Source of the DNA: an uncultured delta proteobacterium
Lineage (GTDB): Bacteria > Desulfobacterota > RBG-13-43-22
NCBI GenBank assembly: GCA_963711835.1
Contig: CAVQFQ010000005.1
Coordinates: 128,001-192,000, forward strand
Length of the DNA: 64,000 nt
Direction of reading: 5' to 3'
The position numbers and the translations under genes were made by a program. This document shows, in pieces, positions 29,870 to 41,161 of the stretch (its first letter is position 1; each line of letters opens with the position of its first letter). The notes under the pieces are model-generated. The model saw only the letters and a list, made by a program, of their open reading frames with translations, was not told where the DNA came from and searched no databases.

Positions 29870-30412
29870 TTAATGCCTTTTCCTTTCCTGTTTCCCTTGG
29901 ATCTTGGACCGAGGTCCCCGGTCCCTTTGCTTTTTCTTAATATAAGCGATCAATCCGCCCTCATCAAGTAATTGCTGCATAAAAGGCGGAAGCGGTTCAA
30001 CCTGGAAGATTTCCCGGAGGGTCAGGTCTTCGATGATCCCCTTTTTGGAATCGATCCGGATCTGATCCCCGGTTTGGATCCGCTGCGCGGCCTCAGGGCA
30101 TTCAAAAATAAGCAGGCCCATGTTAAAGGCGTTCCGGTAGAAAATACGGGCGAAGGTTTCGGCCACCACGCAGGAAATACCGGCCCCCTTGATGGCCAAG
30201 GGCGCATGCTCCCGCGAGGAACCGCTCCCAAAATTTTTTCCGGCCACCAGGATATCCCCCTTCCGGATCTTCCTTGCAAAATCCGGATCAGCGTCCTCCA
30301 GACAATGGCGCCCCAGTTCCTTGGGGTCCGAGGTAGTCAGGTAACGGGCCGGAATGATGACATCCGTATCCAGGTGATCGCCGAATTTCCAGGCCCGGCC
30401 CTCAGCCTTCAT
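29870..30412 (-). CDS. leuD: 3-isopropylmalate dehydratase small subunit
   Basis: [22 protein letters not shown] and FARIFYRN. Confidence 0.95.
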   Translation of the reverse strand: MKAEGRAWKFGDHLDTDVIIPARYLTTSDPKELGRHCLEDADPDFARKIRKGDILVAGKNFGSGSSREHAPLAIKGAGISCVVAETFARIFYRNAFNMGLLIFECPEAAQRIQTGDQIRIDSKKGIIEDLTLREIFQVEPLPPFMQQLLDEGGLIAYIKKKQRDRGPRSKIQGKQERKRH

Positions 30413-31694
30413 TTCGCTTTCCTTTCTTAAAACCCGGCAGGGCCTCCACCGGCCCGATCCTCCCTAAAACGGCCGAGGCCGCTGCTATGGCGGGTCCGGA
30501 CAGATAAACTTCGCTTTGCGGATGCCCCATACGCCCCACAAAATTCCGGTTGGTCGTGGCAATGGCTCTTTCCCCTTTGGCCAGAATCCCCATATGTCCG
30601 CCCAGGCAGGGACCGCAGGTCGGGGTGCTGACAATGCCGCCGGCCTCTAAAAAAATTTCGACCAGACCCTCGACTATGGCCTGACGATAAATCCAGGGTG
30701 TGGCGGGAATAACAATCAGTCGGACCCCCGGAGCCACCTTGTGCCCCTTCAGGATCCCGGCGGCGATCCGCAGATCTTCCAAACGCCCGTTGGTGCAGGA
30801 TCCGATCACGGCCTGGTCAATGGGCACCCGACCGCACTTGGAAATGGGCCGGGTCTTTTCCGGAAGATGGGGAAAGGCCACCTGGGGTTCGATGGCCTTT
30901 AAGTCGTATTCCCGAATTTCCCTGTACCCTGCCTCGGGGTCGGAGCGGTATATCCGCCCTTTTTTTTTCGACCTTTCTTTAAGGTAACGGAAGGTCGTTT
31001 CGTCCGCTTCAAAAAGGCCGGCCTTGGCCCCGGCTTCGATGGCCATGTTGGACATGGTAAAACGGTCGGCCATCGAGAGCCCGGACAGGGCCGGGCCGCT
31101 GAATTCCAAGGCCCGGTAAAGAGCGCCATCCACCCCGATATCCCCAATGGTATAGAGGATGAGATCTTTTCCAGAAACCCAGGGCCGGGGACGGCCATGA
31201 TAATACAATTTGATCGACTCCGGGACCTTGAGCCAGGTGGTGCCGGTTATCCAGGCTGCGGCCAGATCGGTACTGCCCATGCCGGTGGCAAAAGCGCCCA
31301 GGGCCCCGTAGGTACAGGTATGACTGTCGGCTCCGATGACCAGATCCCCCGGCAGGACCAGACCCTTTTCCGGCAGCAGGGCATGCTCGATGCCCATTTC
31401 CCCCAGTTCAAAAAAATAGGGGAGCTTCTGCTCCCGGGCGAAAAGACGCATCCGGCGGCATTGCTCGGCAGCCGGGATATCTTTGTTGGGCACAAAATGG
31501 TCCGGGACCAGGACCACTTTTTTTCGATCAAAGACTTTTTTGCCGCCGGCCTGGCGAAAAACATCGATGGCAATCGGGGCCGTAATATCATTGGCCAGGG
31601 TCAAATCCACTTCGGCCTCGATCAATTGCCCGGGATGGACTTTTTTATGGCCGCTGTGGGCCGCCAGAATTTTTTCGGTGATGGTTTGGGGCAT
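30402..31694 (-). CDS. leuC: 3-isopropylmalate dehydratase large subunit
   Basis: [29 protein letters not shown] and TNRNF. Confidence 0.95.
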   Translation of the reverse strand: MPQTITEKILAAHSGHKKVHPGQLIEAEVDLTLANDITAPIAIDVFRQAGGKKVFDRKKVVLVPDHFVPNKDIPAAEQCRRMRLFAREQKLPYFFELGEMGIEHALLPEKGLVLPGDLVIGADSHTCTYGALGAFATGMGSTDLAAAWITGTTWLKVPESIKLYYHGRPRPWVSGKDLILYTIGDIGVDGALYRALEFSGPALSGLSMADRFTMSNMAIEAGAKAGLFEADETTFRYLKERSKKKGRIYRSDPEAGYREIREYDLKAIEPQVAFPHLPEKTRPISKCGRVPIDQAVIGSCTNGRLEDLRIAAGILKGHKVAPGVRLIVIPATPWIYRQAIVEGLVEIFLEAGGIVSTPTCGPCLGGHMGILAKGERAIATTNRNFVGRMGHPQSEVYLSGPAIAAASAVLGRIGPVEALPGFKKGKRNEG

Positions 31695-31702
31695 AATAAG
31701 AA

Positions 31703-31806
31703 AGCGTTCAGCGTTCGGCGTAAGCAAAAAGCAATCAGCATTCAGCGGTTCGCAGGTTGGTTTTCTTTTTTTTTGCTAATAGCTGACAGCTAACTGCTGA
31801 TTGCTG
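31703..31806. repeat. Heptamer micro-repeats (GCGTTCA/GCGTTCG; TCAGCAN and inverted GCTGANA)
   Basis: AGCGTTCAGCGTTCGGCGT, GCAATCAGCATTCAGC ... GCTAATAGCTGACAGCTAACTGCTGATTGCTG. Confidence 0.7.
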
Positions 31807-31810
31807 GATG

Positions 31811-33343
31811 CTATGAAAGTCGTTTAATCGGATTCTTCTTTAATGACTCCAGCCGGTTCAGGGCATTTAAATAAGCTTTGGCGCTGGCGGTAATGATATC
31901 GGAATCGGATCCCTTGCCCAGGGCCACGATCCCCTGTTCTTCGATCCGGACGTTAACCTGCCCCTGGGCATCCATGCCGCCGGTAATGGCATTGACGGAA
32001 AAACTGAGCAGTTTACAGCGGGTTCGAGTGATTTTATTAATGGTGTTGAAGGTGGCGTCGATCGGACCCACACCGAAACCGGCCTTCTGAATGAGTTCCC
32101 CGTTTACCTCGATCTGGACCGTGGCCGTGGGGACGGCCACATTGCCGCTGATGACATTCAAATAAATCAACTTATAGGTGTCGGGGACCATCAGCAATTC
32201 GTCGGCGATCAGGGCCTCGATATCGTCATTGACGATATCCTTCTTTTTATCGGCCAGTTCTTTGAAGCGTTCGAAGATCTTTTGAAAATCTTCCCGGCTT
32301 AAGGCATACCCCAAATCCCGGAGCCGCTCCTGAAAGGCATGGCGGCCGGAATGCTTTCCCAAGACCAGGACACTCTGGTCCAGGCCGACATCCTGGGGAG
32401 TCATGATCTCATAGGTGGTTCGTTTCTTCAGGACCCCATCCTGGTGGATTCCCGATTCATGGGCAAAGGCATTGGCGCCTACGATGGCCTTGTTGGCCGG
32501 CACCAGCAGGCCGGTGATACGGCTGACCAGGCGGCTGCTGGGATAAATTTGACGCGGATCAATCTGGGAATAATGGGGGATCAGATCCTTGCGGGTCCGC
32601 AGGGCCATGACCAGTTCTTCCAGAGAAGTATTTCCGGCCCGTTCCCCAATGCCGTTGACCGTGACCTCAACCTGCCGGGCGCCCTTCTTAATAGCCGCTA
32701 ATGAGTTGGCCAAGGCCAGGCCCAAGTCATTGTGACAGTGGCAACTCCAGATGACCCGCTCCGGATCTCCGGTTTGTTCTCGGAGGAGTTGAAATCGATC
32801 GCCGAATTCCTCAGGCAGGGCATAGCCGACCGTATCGGGTATATTGATGGTAGTGGCCCCGGCTTGAATAGCCGTCTGGACCGCCTGGACCAGAAAAGGA
32901 AACTCGGTGCGGGAAGCGTCCTCGGCCGAAAACTCAATATTGCTGAGATATTTCCTGGCATAGGTAATCGATTTTTTTATCATGTCCAGGACTTCCCGGC
33001 GGCTTAGCCGCAACTTAAACTTCAAATGGATATCGGAGGTGGCCACGAAGAGATGCAGCCGGGGGCTGGCTGCTTTTTGGATGGCCTCCCAGGCCCGATC
33101 AATATCCTCTTTCTGGGTTCGAGCCAGGGCTGCCACGGTTAATCCCTGAACATCCCGGGCGATCTGTGAAACGGCCTCGAAATCCCCCTGGGAGGCCACC
33201 GGAAAACCGGCCTCAATGACATCCACTTTTAATTTTTCCAACTGCCGGGCCAAGCGGAGCTTTTCAGCCTTGTTCATGCTGGCCCCGGGGGATTGCTCCC
33301 CGTCCCTTAAGGTAGTATCAAATATGATTATTTTTTCAGTCAT
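31811..33343 (-). CDS. leuA: 2-isopropylmalate synthase
   Basis: [33 protein letters not shown] and the C-terminal regulatory domain. Confidence 0.97.
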   Translation of the reverse strand: MTEKIIIFDTTLRDGEQSPGASMNKAEKLRLARQLEKLKVDVIEAGFPVASQGDFEAVSQIARDVQGLTVAALARTQKEDIDRAWEAIQKAASPRLHLFVATSDIHLKFKLRLSRREVLDMIKKSITYARKYLSNIEFSAEDASRTEFPFLVQAVQTAIQAGATTINIPDTVGYALPEEFGDRFQLLREQTGDPERVIWSCHCHNDLGLALANSLAAIKKGARQVEVTVNGIGERAGNTSLEELVMALRTRKDLIPHYSQIDPRQIYPSSRLVSRITGLLVPANKAIVGANAFAHESGIHQDGVLKKRTTYEIMTPQDVGLDQSVLVLGKHSGRHAFQERLRDLGYALSREDFQKIFERFKELADKKKDIVNDDIEALIADELLMVPDTYKLIYLNVISGNVAVPTATVQIEVNGELIQKAGFGVGPIDATFNTINKITRTRCKLLSFSVNAITGGMDAQGQVNVRIEEQGIVALGKGSDSDIITASAKAYLNALNRLESLKKNPIKRLS

Positions 33344-33409
33344 CTAATCGAACTTCCTCATCCGCCCGTAATGAGCTGCGGCGGACGGGGCACCTCTTTT
33401 CTTGCTGGC

Positions 33410-34192
33410 TTATCCGGCATTTTGCTTGGCCGGCCTTTCCACACCCTCCGGAGACGTTTTCTTCTTGAGATTAACCACAGCCAGCAGCGGCCCGGAAAGG
33501 ACATAACCCAGAATACCGACCGACAACATCAGAAAGGGTTCCAGGGCAACCAGGACGAAGACCAGCACTACCGCCACCAAAAAATTAAAGGATCGCCTCT
33601 CGGCCAATTTTAACCCTTTAAAGCTGGGGTAATGAATGTTGCTGACCATGAGAAAAGACAAGACATAGATCATGATCAAAACCGCCAGGTAGCCGGTGGC
33701 CCCAGTGCCGCCTATCTGGAAGACAAATAAAATGGTGGTGGCGACAATGGTGGCCGCAGCCGGGATCGGCAGGCCGACGAAATAATTGTTGCCCACCTGT
33801 CCCACCTGGACGTTGAAGCGGGCCAGTCGCAGGGCCCCGCAGACGGCATAAAGAAAAGCCGCCATCCAGCCAAAACGATTAAAGGGCTTTAAGGCCCAGA
33901 GAAAGACCAGGATCGCCGGGGCCAGCCCAAAGGCAATCAGGTCCGAAAGGGAGTCGTACTGAATGCCGAAGGCGCTGGTGGTCCGGGTGATGCGGGCAAT
34001 CCGGCCGTCCAGGCCGTCCAGGACCGCGGCAATCAAAATCGAAAGAGCGGCCTGGTAGAAGTTTCCCTGGATGGCTGCAATGATGGCATAAAACCCGCAG
34101 AAAAGACTGGCCGTCGTTACCAGATTGGGCAATAAATAAATACCCCTTCGTTTTTCTTTTCTTTTTTTTCCTCTGGGGTTTGCAATGTTCAT
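33410..34192 (-). CDS. pssA: CDP-diacylglycerol--serine O-phosphatidyltransferase
   Basis: LPNLVT, DGLDGRIAR, DSLSD, LRLARFN and GLPIP. Confidence 0.95.
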   Translation of the reverse strand: MNIANPRGKKRKEKRRGIYLLPNLVTTASLFCGFYAIIAAIQGNFYQAALSILIAAVLDGLDGRIARITRTTSAFGIQYDSLSDLIAFGLAPAILVFLWALKPFNRFGWMAAFLYAVCGALRLARFNVQVGQVGNNYFVGLPIPAAATIVATTILFVFQIGGTGATGYLAVLIMIYVLSFLMVSNIHYPSFKGLKLAERRSFNFLVAVVLVFVLVALEPFLMLSVGILGYVLSGPLLAVVNLKKKTSPEGVERPAKQNAG

Positions 34193-34824
34193 GGCATTTC
34201 TCCTAATTGGCTTAAACCGGCCTTGACCTTAGCTCCCCGTTTGACGGTTACCTTTGAGGTTGGCGGCAGATAAAGGTCTACCCGGGAACCAAACCGAATC
34301 AACCCCAAACGCTCTCCCCGGTGCACGCGGTCACCGGGCCGGACCCAGCAGACTATCCGCCGGGCGATTAAGCCGGCTATCTGGACCAGGACGACGGCTT
34401 CCCCTTTTTCCGTTATCAGGAGCAAGGCATTTTGTTCGTTTTGTTTGGAAGCCCGTTCCTGATGAGCGGCAAAAAATTTCCCGGTCCGATAACGGATTTT
34501 TTCAATCCGGCCGCCGAGGGAAAATCGGTTGACATGACAATTAAAGACCGACATAAAGATGCTGATTTTAAGGGCCGGTCCGCCGGAGAAAAGGGCTTCT
34601 TCGCTTTCCTCCACCAGCAAGACCTTTCCGTCGGCCGGGGCCAGAACGGTTCTTTCCCCCGGAGGTGAACGCCGTTCCGGATCCCTGAAAAAAGAAATAA
34701 TAAAAAGGGTCAGGACCCCGGAGACGGCCCAGGCGATGGGAAGATCCAGCCATAAGAACAAAGCCGTCAGCCCGATCCCGGCCAGGATGAACGGATAGCC
34801 CTGCCGCGCTACCGGAATACGCAT
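34189..34824 (-). CDS. psd: Phosphatidylserine decarboxylase
   Basis: FFRDPER, APADG, FMSVFNCHVNR, ARRI and FGSR. Confidence 0.94.
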   Translation of the reverse strand: MRIPVARQGYPFILAGIGLTALFLWLDLPIAWAVSGVLTLFIISFFRDPERRSPPGERTVLAPADGKVLLVEESEEALFSGGPALKISIFMSVFNCHVNRFSLGGRIEKIRYRTGKFFAAHQERASKQNEQNALLLITEKGEAVVLVQIAGLIARRIVCWVRPGDRVHRGERLGLIRFGSRVDLYLPPTSKVTVKRGAKVKAGLSQLGEMP

Positions 34825-34831
34825 GCCGGGA

Positions 34832-35821
34832 TTATCTCTTCAACCAGCCCATCATCTGGCGCAGTTTTTTGCCGACCTCTTCAATAGGATGGTCCATTTC
34901 AATCCGGCGCAAGGCATTAAAGACCGGGCGATGGGCCTGGTTTTCCAGGATCCATTCCCGGGCGAACTCTCCGCTTTGGACTTCCATCAGGATCTGGCGC
35001 ATTTCTTCCCTGGTCTCTTCACTAATGATGCGTTTCCCCCGGGTCAGGTCCCCGTATTCGGCGGTATCACTGACCGAAAAGCGCATATTGGCCAGGCCCC
35101 CTTCATACATCAGATCAACAATGAGCTTCAACTCATGCATACATTCAAAATAGGCGATTTCCGGTTGATAGCCCGCTTCCACCAGGGTATCAAAACCGGC
35201 CTTGACCAGTTCGGTCACACCGCCGCAGAGAACGGCCTGTTCCCCGAAAAGGTCGGTTTCGGTCTCTTCCTTAAAGGTAGTTAAAATAACGCCGGCCCGG
35301 GTGGCTCCGATCCCTTTGGCATAGGCCAGACCGGTCTTTAAGGCCTGGCCGCTGGGATTCTGATAGATGGCCACCAGGGAGGGAACCCCGGCCCCTTTTT
35401 CAAATTCCCGTCTGACCAGATGGCCCGGGCCCTTGGGAGCGATCATGATGACGTCCACGTCGGCCGGCGGCTCAATTTGTCCGAAATGGATGTTAAATCC
35501 ATGGGAAAAAACCAGGGTTTTACTGGAATCCAGGTGGGGCTTGACCTCTTTTTCAAATAAAAAGGCCTGGACATGATCCTGGGCCAGGATCTGGATGACC
35601 CGGCTCTGGGCCGAGGCTTCCGCAGCCGAAACCGGTGAAAAGCCGTGTTCCCGGGCCAGTTCAAAGTTCAGGGTGCCGGCCAGTTCCGCCACCACCACCT
35701 CAACCCCGGAATCCCTGAGATTCAAGGCCTGGGCATGTCCCTGACTTCCATAGCCGATAATAGCTACTTTTTTATTCTTCAGTACATTGAGATCCGCATC
35801 CTGGTCGTAAAAAATCTCCAT
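34832..35821 (-). CDS. ilvC: Ketol-acid reductoisomerase
   Basis: [23 protein letters not shown] and SDTAEYG. Start at MEIFY. Confidence 0.97.
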   Translation of the reverse strand: MEIFYDQDADLNVLKNKKVAIIGYGSQGHAQALNLRDSGVEVVVAELAGTLNFELAREHGFSPVSAAEASAQSRVIQILAQDHVQAFLFEKEVKPHLDSSKTLVFSHGFNIHFGQIEPPADVDVIMIAPKGPGHLVRREFEKGAGVPSLVAIYQNPSGQALKTGLAYAKGIGATRAGVILTTFKEETETDLFGEQAVLCGGVTELVKAGFDTLVEAGYQPEIAYFECMHELKLIVDLMYEGGLANMRFSVSDTAEYGDLTRGKRIISEETREEMRQILMEVQSGEFAREWILENQAHRPVFNALRRIEMDHPIEEVGKKLRQMMGWLKR

Positions 35822-35849
35822 TTTCTTTTTCCTCCCTCGCGTAGTTGGC

Positions 35850-36374
35850 TTATCCTTTTTCTCTTTTGAGCGGCGCTTCTTTTTTACTTCTGGCCATGGC
35901 GATGGCACCGGTTCGGGCAATCTCCTTGATGCCCAGATGATTCAACAGGTCTAAAATCGCCCCGAGTTTGCTTTCATTTCCGGTGACTTCAATGGTGTAG
36001 TATTGGGGACTGACATCCACCACCTGGCAACGAAAAATATCTACAATCCTGAGCACTTCCGCCCGGGTGCTGGCCTCGGCCCGGACTTTAATCAAGGCCA
36101 TTTCCCTTTCCACAAATTCGGTATTCGTGAAATCCCAGACCTTGATAACATTGACCAATTTATTGAGTTGCTTGGTTATCTGTTCGACGATCTGGTCGTT
36201 ACCGCGGGTAACCAGGGTGATCCGGGAAACCTTTGCATCCATGGTCTCGGCCACACAGAGGCTTTCGATGTTAAAGCCCCGGCCGCTGAACAAACCGGTT
36301 ACCCGGGATAGAACGCCCGGTTCGTTATCCACTAAAACCGAAATGGTATGTTTCTGACCCTGATTATTTTCCAT
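35850..36374 (-). CDS. ilvN: Acetolactate synthase small subunit
   Basis: ACT domain [23 protein letters not shown], plus EIARTG. Confidence 0.96.
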   Translation of the reverse strand: MENNQGQKHTISVLVDNEPGVLSRVTGLFSGRGFNIESLCVAETMDAKVSRITLVTRGNDQIVEQITKQLNKLVNVIKVWDFTNTEFVEREMALIKVRAEASTRAEVLRIVDIFRCQVVDVSPQYYTIEVTGNESKLGAILDLLNHLGIKEIARTGAIAMARSKKEAPLKREKG

Positions 36375-36423
36375 GGTTTCTTTTGTTTTTTTCTTCCACT
36401 ACTAAAGGTTTTTAGGGCTTTCC

Positions 36424-36471
36424 CTATGAGCTGAGTTGCTAAGAGCTATAAACTAATTTGCTATGAGCTAT
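36424..36471. repeat. Heptamer CTATGAG micro-repeat
   Basis: CTATGAGCTGAGTTGCTAAGAGCTATAAAC..GCTATGAGCTA, the reverse complement of the motif at 40516. Confidence 0.65.
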
Positions 36472-36478
36472 TTTACTA

Positions 36479-38167
36479 TCAGACTAACAACATTTCGGTC
36501 ATGGCCTTGCCGGCCGGGACCATCGGTAAAACGCATTCCTCCGGAGAAACCACAAAATCCATGATGACCGGTCCGTTGATCTTCAAGGCTTTTTCAATCA
36601 CCGGCATTACCTCTTCGGGTTTGACGGCCCTGAACCCGGCCGCCCCATAAGCCTCGGCCAGTTTTACAAAATCAGGGTTGCCCTTCAGAAAGGTTTGGGC
36701 ATACCGTCTCTTATAAAAGAGTTCCTGCCATTGACGGACCATGCCCAGGTAGCCGTTGTTCAAGATGGCTATTTTTACCGGGATCTGGTTGGCCACGGCT
36801 GTGGCCATTTCCTGAATATTCATTTGGATGCTTCCATCGCCGGCAATGTCAAAAACCATCCGGTCCGGGCAGGCTACCTGGGCACCGATGGCCGCCGGAA
36901 ATCCGTATCCCATGACCCCCAATCCCCCGGAGGTAATGAAGGAATTGGGCTGATCAAAGAGGTAAAATTGAGCGGCCCACATCTGATTCTGCCCCACCTC
37001 GGTGGTAATAATAGCCTTCCCCTGGGTCGCTTCGTATATCTTTTCCACCACAAATTGGGGTTTGATCTCCTCCTCGGTTTGCTCATAGGCCAGGGGATGG
37101 CTTTTTTTCCAATCGGTGATTTGCTCCAACCAGGGCCGGCGAATCTTTTTCCAGTCCTGTTTGACGGATTTTTGAACCAGATGATTCAGCTGGGTCAGGG
37201 CATCCCGGCAATCCCCGACGATCGGTATCTCCACTTGAACATTTTTCCGAATCGAGGTCGGATCAATATCAATGTGAATGATACGGGCTTCCGGGGCAAA
37301 CTGGTCGACTTTACCGGTAACCCGGTCATCAAAACGGGCCCCGATGGCGATCAGGACATCACACTGGGCCACCGACATGTTGGCCCAATAGGTTCCGTGC
37401 ATGCCCAACATCCCTAAAGACAAGGCGTGGCTTCCGGGAAATCCGCCCAGACCCATTAAGGTCGTGGTGACCGGGATGTCCAGTTTTTCGGCCAGGTCCC
37501 GAAGCTCGGCTGAGGCATTGGCGGAAATGACGCCCCCCCCGGCATAGATGACCGGTTTCTTGGCCTTCAGCAGTAAGGCGGAGGCCTTTTCCATTTGCCT
37601 GGGATGGGCGCCGTAGGTGGGATGGTAACTCCTCATCTCGATTTTTTTGGGATACTTAAATTCGGTTTTGTCCTTAAGAATGTCTTTGGGCAGATCCACC
37701 AGCACCGGTCCGGGTCGGCCTGAACGGGCCAAATAAAAGGCCTCTTTAATAATACCGGCCAAGTCCCCGACCTGTTTAACCAGGTAATTATGCTTGGTAC
37801 AGGGACGGGTGATCCCGACAATGTCCACCTCCTGGAAGGCGTCGTTCCCGATCATCATGGTTGGAACCTGGCCGGTCAAGACCACGACCGGGATGGAGTC
37901 CATAAAGGCTGAGGCAATCCCCGTAACGGTATTGGTCGCCCCCGGCCCGGAAGTCACCAGGCAGACCCCGACACTTCCGGAAGCCCGGGCATAGCCGTCG
38001 GCCATATGAACCGCCCCCTGTTCGTGGCGAACCAGGTAATGGCGCAGGGGCCGTTTTTCCAGATAATCATAGATGTCGGTGGTGGCGCCGCCCGGGTATC
38101 CGAACAGGGTGGTTATCCCTTCCTGAATCAGGCTCTCAACAACGATTTCAGCTCCGCTCAGTTTCAA
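36479..38167 (-). CDS. ilvB: Acetolactate synthase large subunit
   Basis: [29 protein letters not shown] and [12 protein letters not shown]. Confidence 0.97.
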   Translation of the reverse strand: MKLSGAEIVVESLIQEGITTLFGYPGGATTDIYDYLEKRPLRHYLVRHEQGAVHMADGYARASGSVGVCLVTSGPGATNTVTGIASAFMDSIPVVVLTGQVPTMMIGNDAFQEVDIVGITRPCTKHNYLVKQVGDLAGIIKEAFYLARSGRPGPVLVDLPKDILKDKTEFKYPKKIEMRSYHPTYGAHPRQMEKASALLLKAKKPVIYAGGGVISANASAELRDLAEKLDIPVTTTLMGLGGFPGSHALSLGMLGMHGTYWANMSVAQCDVLIAIGARFDDRVTGKVDQFAPEARIIHIDIDPTSIRKNVQVEIPIVGDCRDALTQLNHLVQKSVKQDWKKIRRPWLEQITDWKKSHPLAYEQTEEEIKPQFVVEKIYEATQGKAIITTEVGQNQMWAAQFYLFDQPNSFITSGGLGVMGYGFPAAIGAQVACPDRMVFDIAGDGSIQMNIQEMATAVANQIPVKIAILNNGYLGMVRQWQELFYKRRYAQTFLKGNPDFVKLAEAYGAAGFRAVKPEEVMPVIEKALKINGPVIMDFVVSPEECVLPMVPAGKAMTEMLLV

Positions 38168-38400
38168 GCGACCCTTCCTTTGTCCCGGTGAGCCCGTAAA
38201 ATCTCTTCGATCCGGTCTCGACCCGCCAACTTCAACTTTTGGATCCGTTTCTTCTCCAGGTTCTCTTCATCGCTGAGATAGATCCTTTTACGGAGATCTT
38301 CCAGCTTAAGTTCAAATTTCCGGTGTTCGGTCATCAAAAGCCGCAATTCCTCATTATCAGCGAGGAGTTGGTCGATCAACTCTTCATCTTTTTTTTCCAT
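38164..38400 (-). CDS. DUF465/YdcH family protein
   Basis: LMTEHRKFE ... [14 protein letters not shown], upstream of ilvB. Confidence 0.82.
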   Translation of the reverse strand: MEKKDEELIDQLLADNEELRLLMTEHRKFELKLEDLRKRIYLSDEENLEKKRIQKLKLAGRDRIEEILRAHRDKGRVA

Positions 38401-38418
38401 AACCTTCTCCGTTGAAAT

Positions 38419-38501
38419 TGACTCGTAAAAAGTAATCAAGCCGACGGCACAGCAAAAAGCCTTCCGCCATGCCGGACAGATGAACTTTTTGCGAAGCCGT
38501 C
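38419..38501. repeat. REP-like palindromic repeat (family F)
   Basis: TGACTCGTAAAAAGT and GACGGCACAGCAAAAAG ... CTTTTTGCGAAGCCGTC. Confidence 0.7.
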
Positions 38502-38518
38502 ATGATTGTGCTATGAAT

Positions 38519-38547
38519 ATCTTAAAAGATCAGGCCCTTTTTGTCAA
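38519..38547 (-). promoter_or_regulatory. Candidate sigma70 promoter for the ilv-leu operon
   Basis: Minus strand TTGACA-17nt-TAAGAT. Confidence 0.6.
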
Positions 38548-38612
38548 ACACAAAGACGGAAGCCTTTTTTTTCTAACTGCTAAGGAATATTTGGAAATCA
38601 GCTCCCGGAATT

Positions 38613-39602
38613 ATGACCAGATCAAGAATGATCCTTTTGGCCGGCATCGTAGGAGTTCCGCTTTTTCTCTTAACCGCCGTTTCTCCCGACAGCACCGCCT
38701 TTCAGGGCCCACTGGAAATAAGAAATCAATTCCCTCTTTTTATCCATCTCAACTCCCCTTGCCTGGAATCAGCCTCCCAACAGGACCGCTTCTCGCTTGT
38801 TTTTTCCTATTCCAGCCTCTTCCTGCTGAAGCGTTCAAACGATTGGTCCGTCCAGATGGACCTGGAAACCCTTGAATTTGCCTTGCGGGTCAAAAAAAAC
38901 ATCCCTCAGGTCATGGAAATAGGGCTGGAAATCCCTTTATTGTCCTTTAACAGTGGCGTTCTGGACGATCCCTTACAATGGTATCATCAAACCTTCGGCT
39001 TTCCCGATTACGGCAGAAGCACCCGGCCAAGAAATGACTATTTGTACCGGGTGGGAAAAGGTGGGAAAGTGGTCCTCGAAGGAGAATTGGGCAAATTAGG
39101 GTTGGGGGACATCCGGATCACCGGAAAAAAGGAATTATTCAGGATGGATGGCCACCCCTTTTTAAGCCTGAAATTGGACATCGAGCTGCCCACTGGAGAC
39201 CCCCAAAAGGGGTACGGCAACGGCAGCCTGGATATCGGTCTGGGCCTGCTCCTGGAAAAGGAAATTACCCGGTCCCTGCTGGCTGTCGCCAACGCAGGTC
39301 TGGTCGTACCCGGCCCCTGGAAGGCCAAAGAAACGATTGCCCTCAGGGAGTATTATTACGGAGGCATTGGAATGGAATGGGCCTTTTCGAAGCATCTTTC
39401 TTTCCTGAGCCAGGTCTGGGCCCAGACTTCTCCTTTTCCGGAGACAGGGATCGATTCGATAGATCGCCCGGCCGTGCTCTTCTCCCTGGGCGGCAGGTAT
39501 TCTCCGGGCCAGAACAGTCTGGAACTCTCCCTGACCGAGGATGTAACTACTTCCGGGGCCCCAGATTTTACCCTGAACCTGGCCTTTAAAAGAAGATTTT
39601 AA
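38613..39602 (+). CDS. DUF3187-like outer-membrane beta-barrel protein
   Basis: Signal peptide, PLEIRNQFP, WYHQTFGFP, GLGDI, LPTGD, APDFT and a terminal Phe. Confidence 0.75.
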   Translation: MTRSRMILLAGIVGVPLFLLTAVSPDSTAFQGPLEIRNQFPLFIHLNSPCLESASQQDRFSLVFSYSSLFLLKRSNDWSVQMDLETLEFALRVKKNIPQVMEIGLEIPLLSFNSGVLDDPLQWYHQTFGFPDYGRSTRPRNDYLYRVGKGGKVVLEGELGKLGLGDIRITGKKELFRMDGHPFLSLKLDIELPTGDPQKGYGNGSLDIGLGLLLEKEITRSLLAVANAGLVVPGPWKAKETIALREYYYGGIGMEWAFSKHLSFLSQVWAQTSPFPETGIDSIDRPAVLFSLGGRYSPGQNSLELSLTEDVTTSGAPDFTLNLAFKRRF

Positions 39603-39645
39603 AACACCATCCTAACATAATGACTCCTATGGAAATGGATTAGGT

Positions 39646-39675
39646 TTGACACAGAAAAGGAAGGTAGGCTATGAT
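39646..39675 (+). promoter_or_regulatory. Candidate sigma70 promoter
   Basis: TTGACA-18nt-TATGAT. Confidence 0.5.
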
Positions 39676-39757
39676 TTTTATACCCTTTCTTCCTATCCTT
39701 CGGACCGGCGGAAGATCAGGGGGTTAGGCTAGCCAAGGCAGCCTGAGGAGGACCATC

Positions 39758-40513
39758 ATGAAATGGATTGAGGCTGAAACGGATGACGGGGTTACGATTC
39801 TAAAATTAAATCACGGTATCACCAATGCCTTAAACGGCGAACTGGTCAAGGAACTCAGAGAGTGTCTCCGGCACCTTCAGGGTCAATCCGAGGTCAAGGC
39901 CCTGGTTCTGACCAGCGCCAATGAAAAATTCTTTTCCAACGGCTTTGATCTCCCGGAACTATTTTCCATGACGCCAGGTGATTTCGAGGAGTTCTTCACC
40001 GGGTATAATCATCTTTGTCTGGAACTCTATACCCTCCCCCGACCTACTGTGGCCGCCTTAACCGGGCATGCCATTGCCGGAGGCTTTATCCTGGCCTCCT
40101 GTTGCGACTACCGCTTTTTTATGGACGGGAAAAAATACTGTGCCTTGAATGAAGTCAACCTCGGGGTCCCGGTCCCTTTTCTGGCCGACCTTGTTTTACG
40201 GCAACTGGTCGGAGACCGTCAGGCCACCGAGATCATGTATACCGGCCGGCTGATCACGGCTGAAGAGGCCCTGCGAATGGGGTTTGTGGATGCCCTTTTC
40301 CCCCTCGATCAACTCCGGAGCCAGGCCCTGAACAAGGCCCGTTTTCTGGGCAATTTGCCGGCCGAGGCCCTCAGGCGGATCAAAGAAAACCGGACAGCCG
40401 GAATAGCCAGAGAAATTCGAGGCCGCCTGGAGGAAGACATAAAGACCTTCCTTAAATTCTGGTACCTGGCCGAGGCCCGGGAACGATTAAAAGAGGCCAT
40501 CAAGAAATTCTAA
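39758..40513 (+). CDS. Enoyl-CoA hydratase/isomerase family protein
   Basis: FFSNGFDL, GHAIAGG, LNEVNLG and AEEALRMGFVD. Confidence 0.92.
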   Translation: MKWIEAETDDGVTILKLNHGITNALNGELVKELRECLRHLQGQSEVKALVLTSANEKFFSNGFDLPELFSMTPGDFEEFFTGYNHLCLELYTLPRPTVAALTGHAIAGGFILASCCDYRFFMDGKKYCALNEVNLGVPVPFLADLVLRQLVGDRQATEIMYTGRLITAEEALRMGFVDALFPLDQLRSQALNKARFLGNLPAEALRRIKENRTAGIAREIRGRLEEDIKTFLKFWYLAEARERLKEAIKKF

Positions 40514-40515
40514 TC

Positions 40516-40608
40516 AGCTCATAGCTCATAGCAAAGACCAAATAGCTCAGGGCTGAGAGCTCACGGCAAATAGCTCATAGCAATTTAGCTGATAGCTGGT
40601 AATCAGCG
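40516..40608. repeat. Heptamer AGCTCAT micro-repeat
   Basis: AGCTCATAGCTCATAGC...TAGCTCAG..GAGCTCAC..TAGCTCATAGC..TAGCTGATAGCTG. Confidence 0.75.
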
Positions 40609-40624
40609 GGAGGAAAGACTATCC

Positions 40625-41161
40625 ATGGATTTTAAGCTGGGGCAGACAACCTTTTTTTTAGAAGGAGGGGATATCACCCGACAGGAAACCGAGGCCATTG
40701 TCAATGCCGCCAATTCACGCCTGGCGGGCGGAGGGGGCGTGGATGGGGCCATTCACAGCGCCGGCGGTCCGTCCATTATGGAAGAATGCCGCCGGATCGG
40801 AAGCTGCCCCACGGGCCAGGCGGTGATCACTACCGGGGGGAATTTGCGGGCCAAATACGTCATCCATACCGTAGGGCCCATTTACCAGGGAGGAACCAAG
40901 GGAGAAGCCCGGCTTCTGGCCAGTGCCTATCGGGAAAGCCTCAAGCTGGCCCAGGAAAAGGGCCTTCGATCGCTGGCCTTTCCCTCCCTGAGCACCGGGG
41001 CCTATGGCTATCCCTTAGAAGAAGCGGCTCGGATTGCCGTTGAAACCGTAATTCGTTATCTGCAGGAGAATCCGGTTTTTGATAGGGTCGGCTTTGTCCT
41101 GTTTGGAAGTCAATCCTATCAGGCCTATCTTCAGGCCGCCGGGGAAACCTTGAAAGGGTGA
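40625..41161 (+). CDS. Macro domain O-acetyl-ADP-ribose deacetylase (YmdB-like)
   Basis: GDIT, IVNAAN, GGGGVDGAIH, HTVGP and STGAYGYP. Confidence 0.93.
   Translation: MDFKLGQTTFFLEGGDITRQETEAIVNAANSRLAGGGGVDGAIHSAGGPSIMEECRRIGSCPTGQAVITTGGNLRAKYVIHTVGPIYQGGTKGEARLLASAYRESLKLAQEKGLRSLAFPSLSTGAYGYPLEEAARIAVETVIRYLQENPVFDRVGFVLFGSQSYQAYLQAAGETLKG

Noticed and set aside
28680-40608. Micro-repeats or B elements as a CRISPR array
   Set aside because: There are no regularly spaced identical 23-47 bp repeats with unique spacers, and no cas genes.
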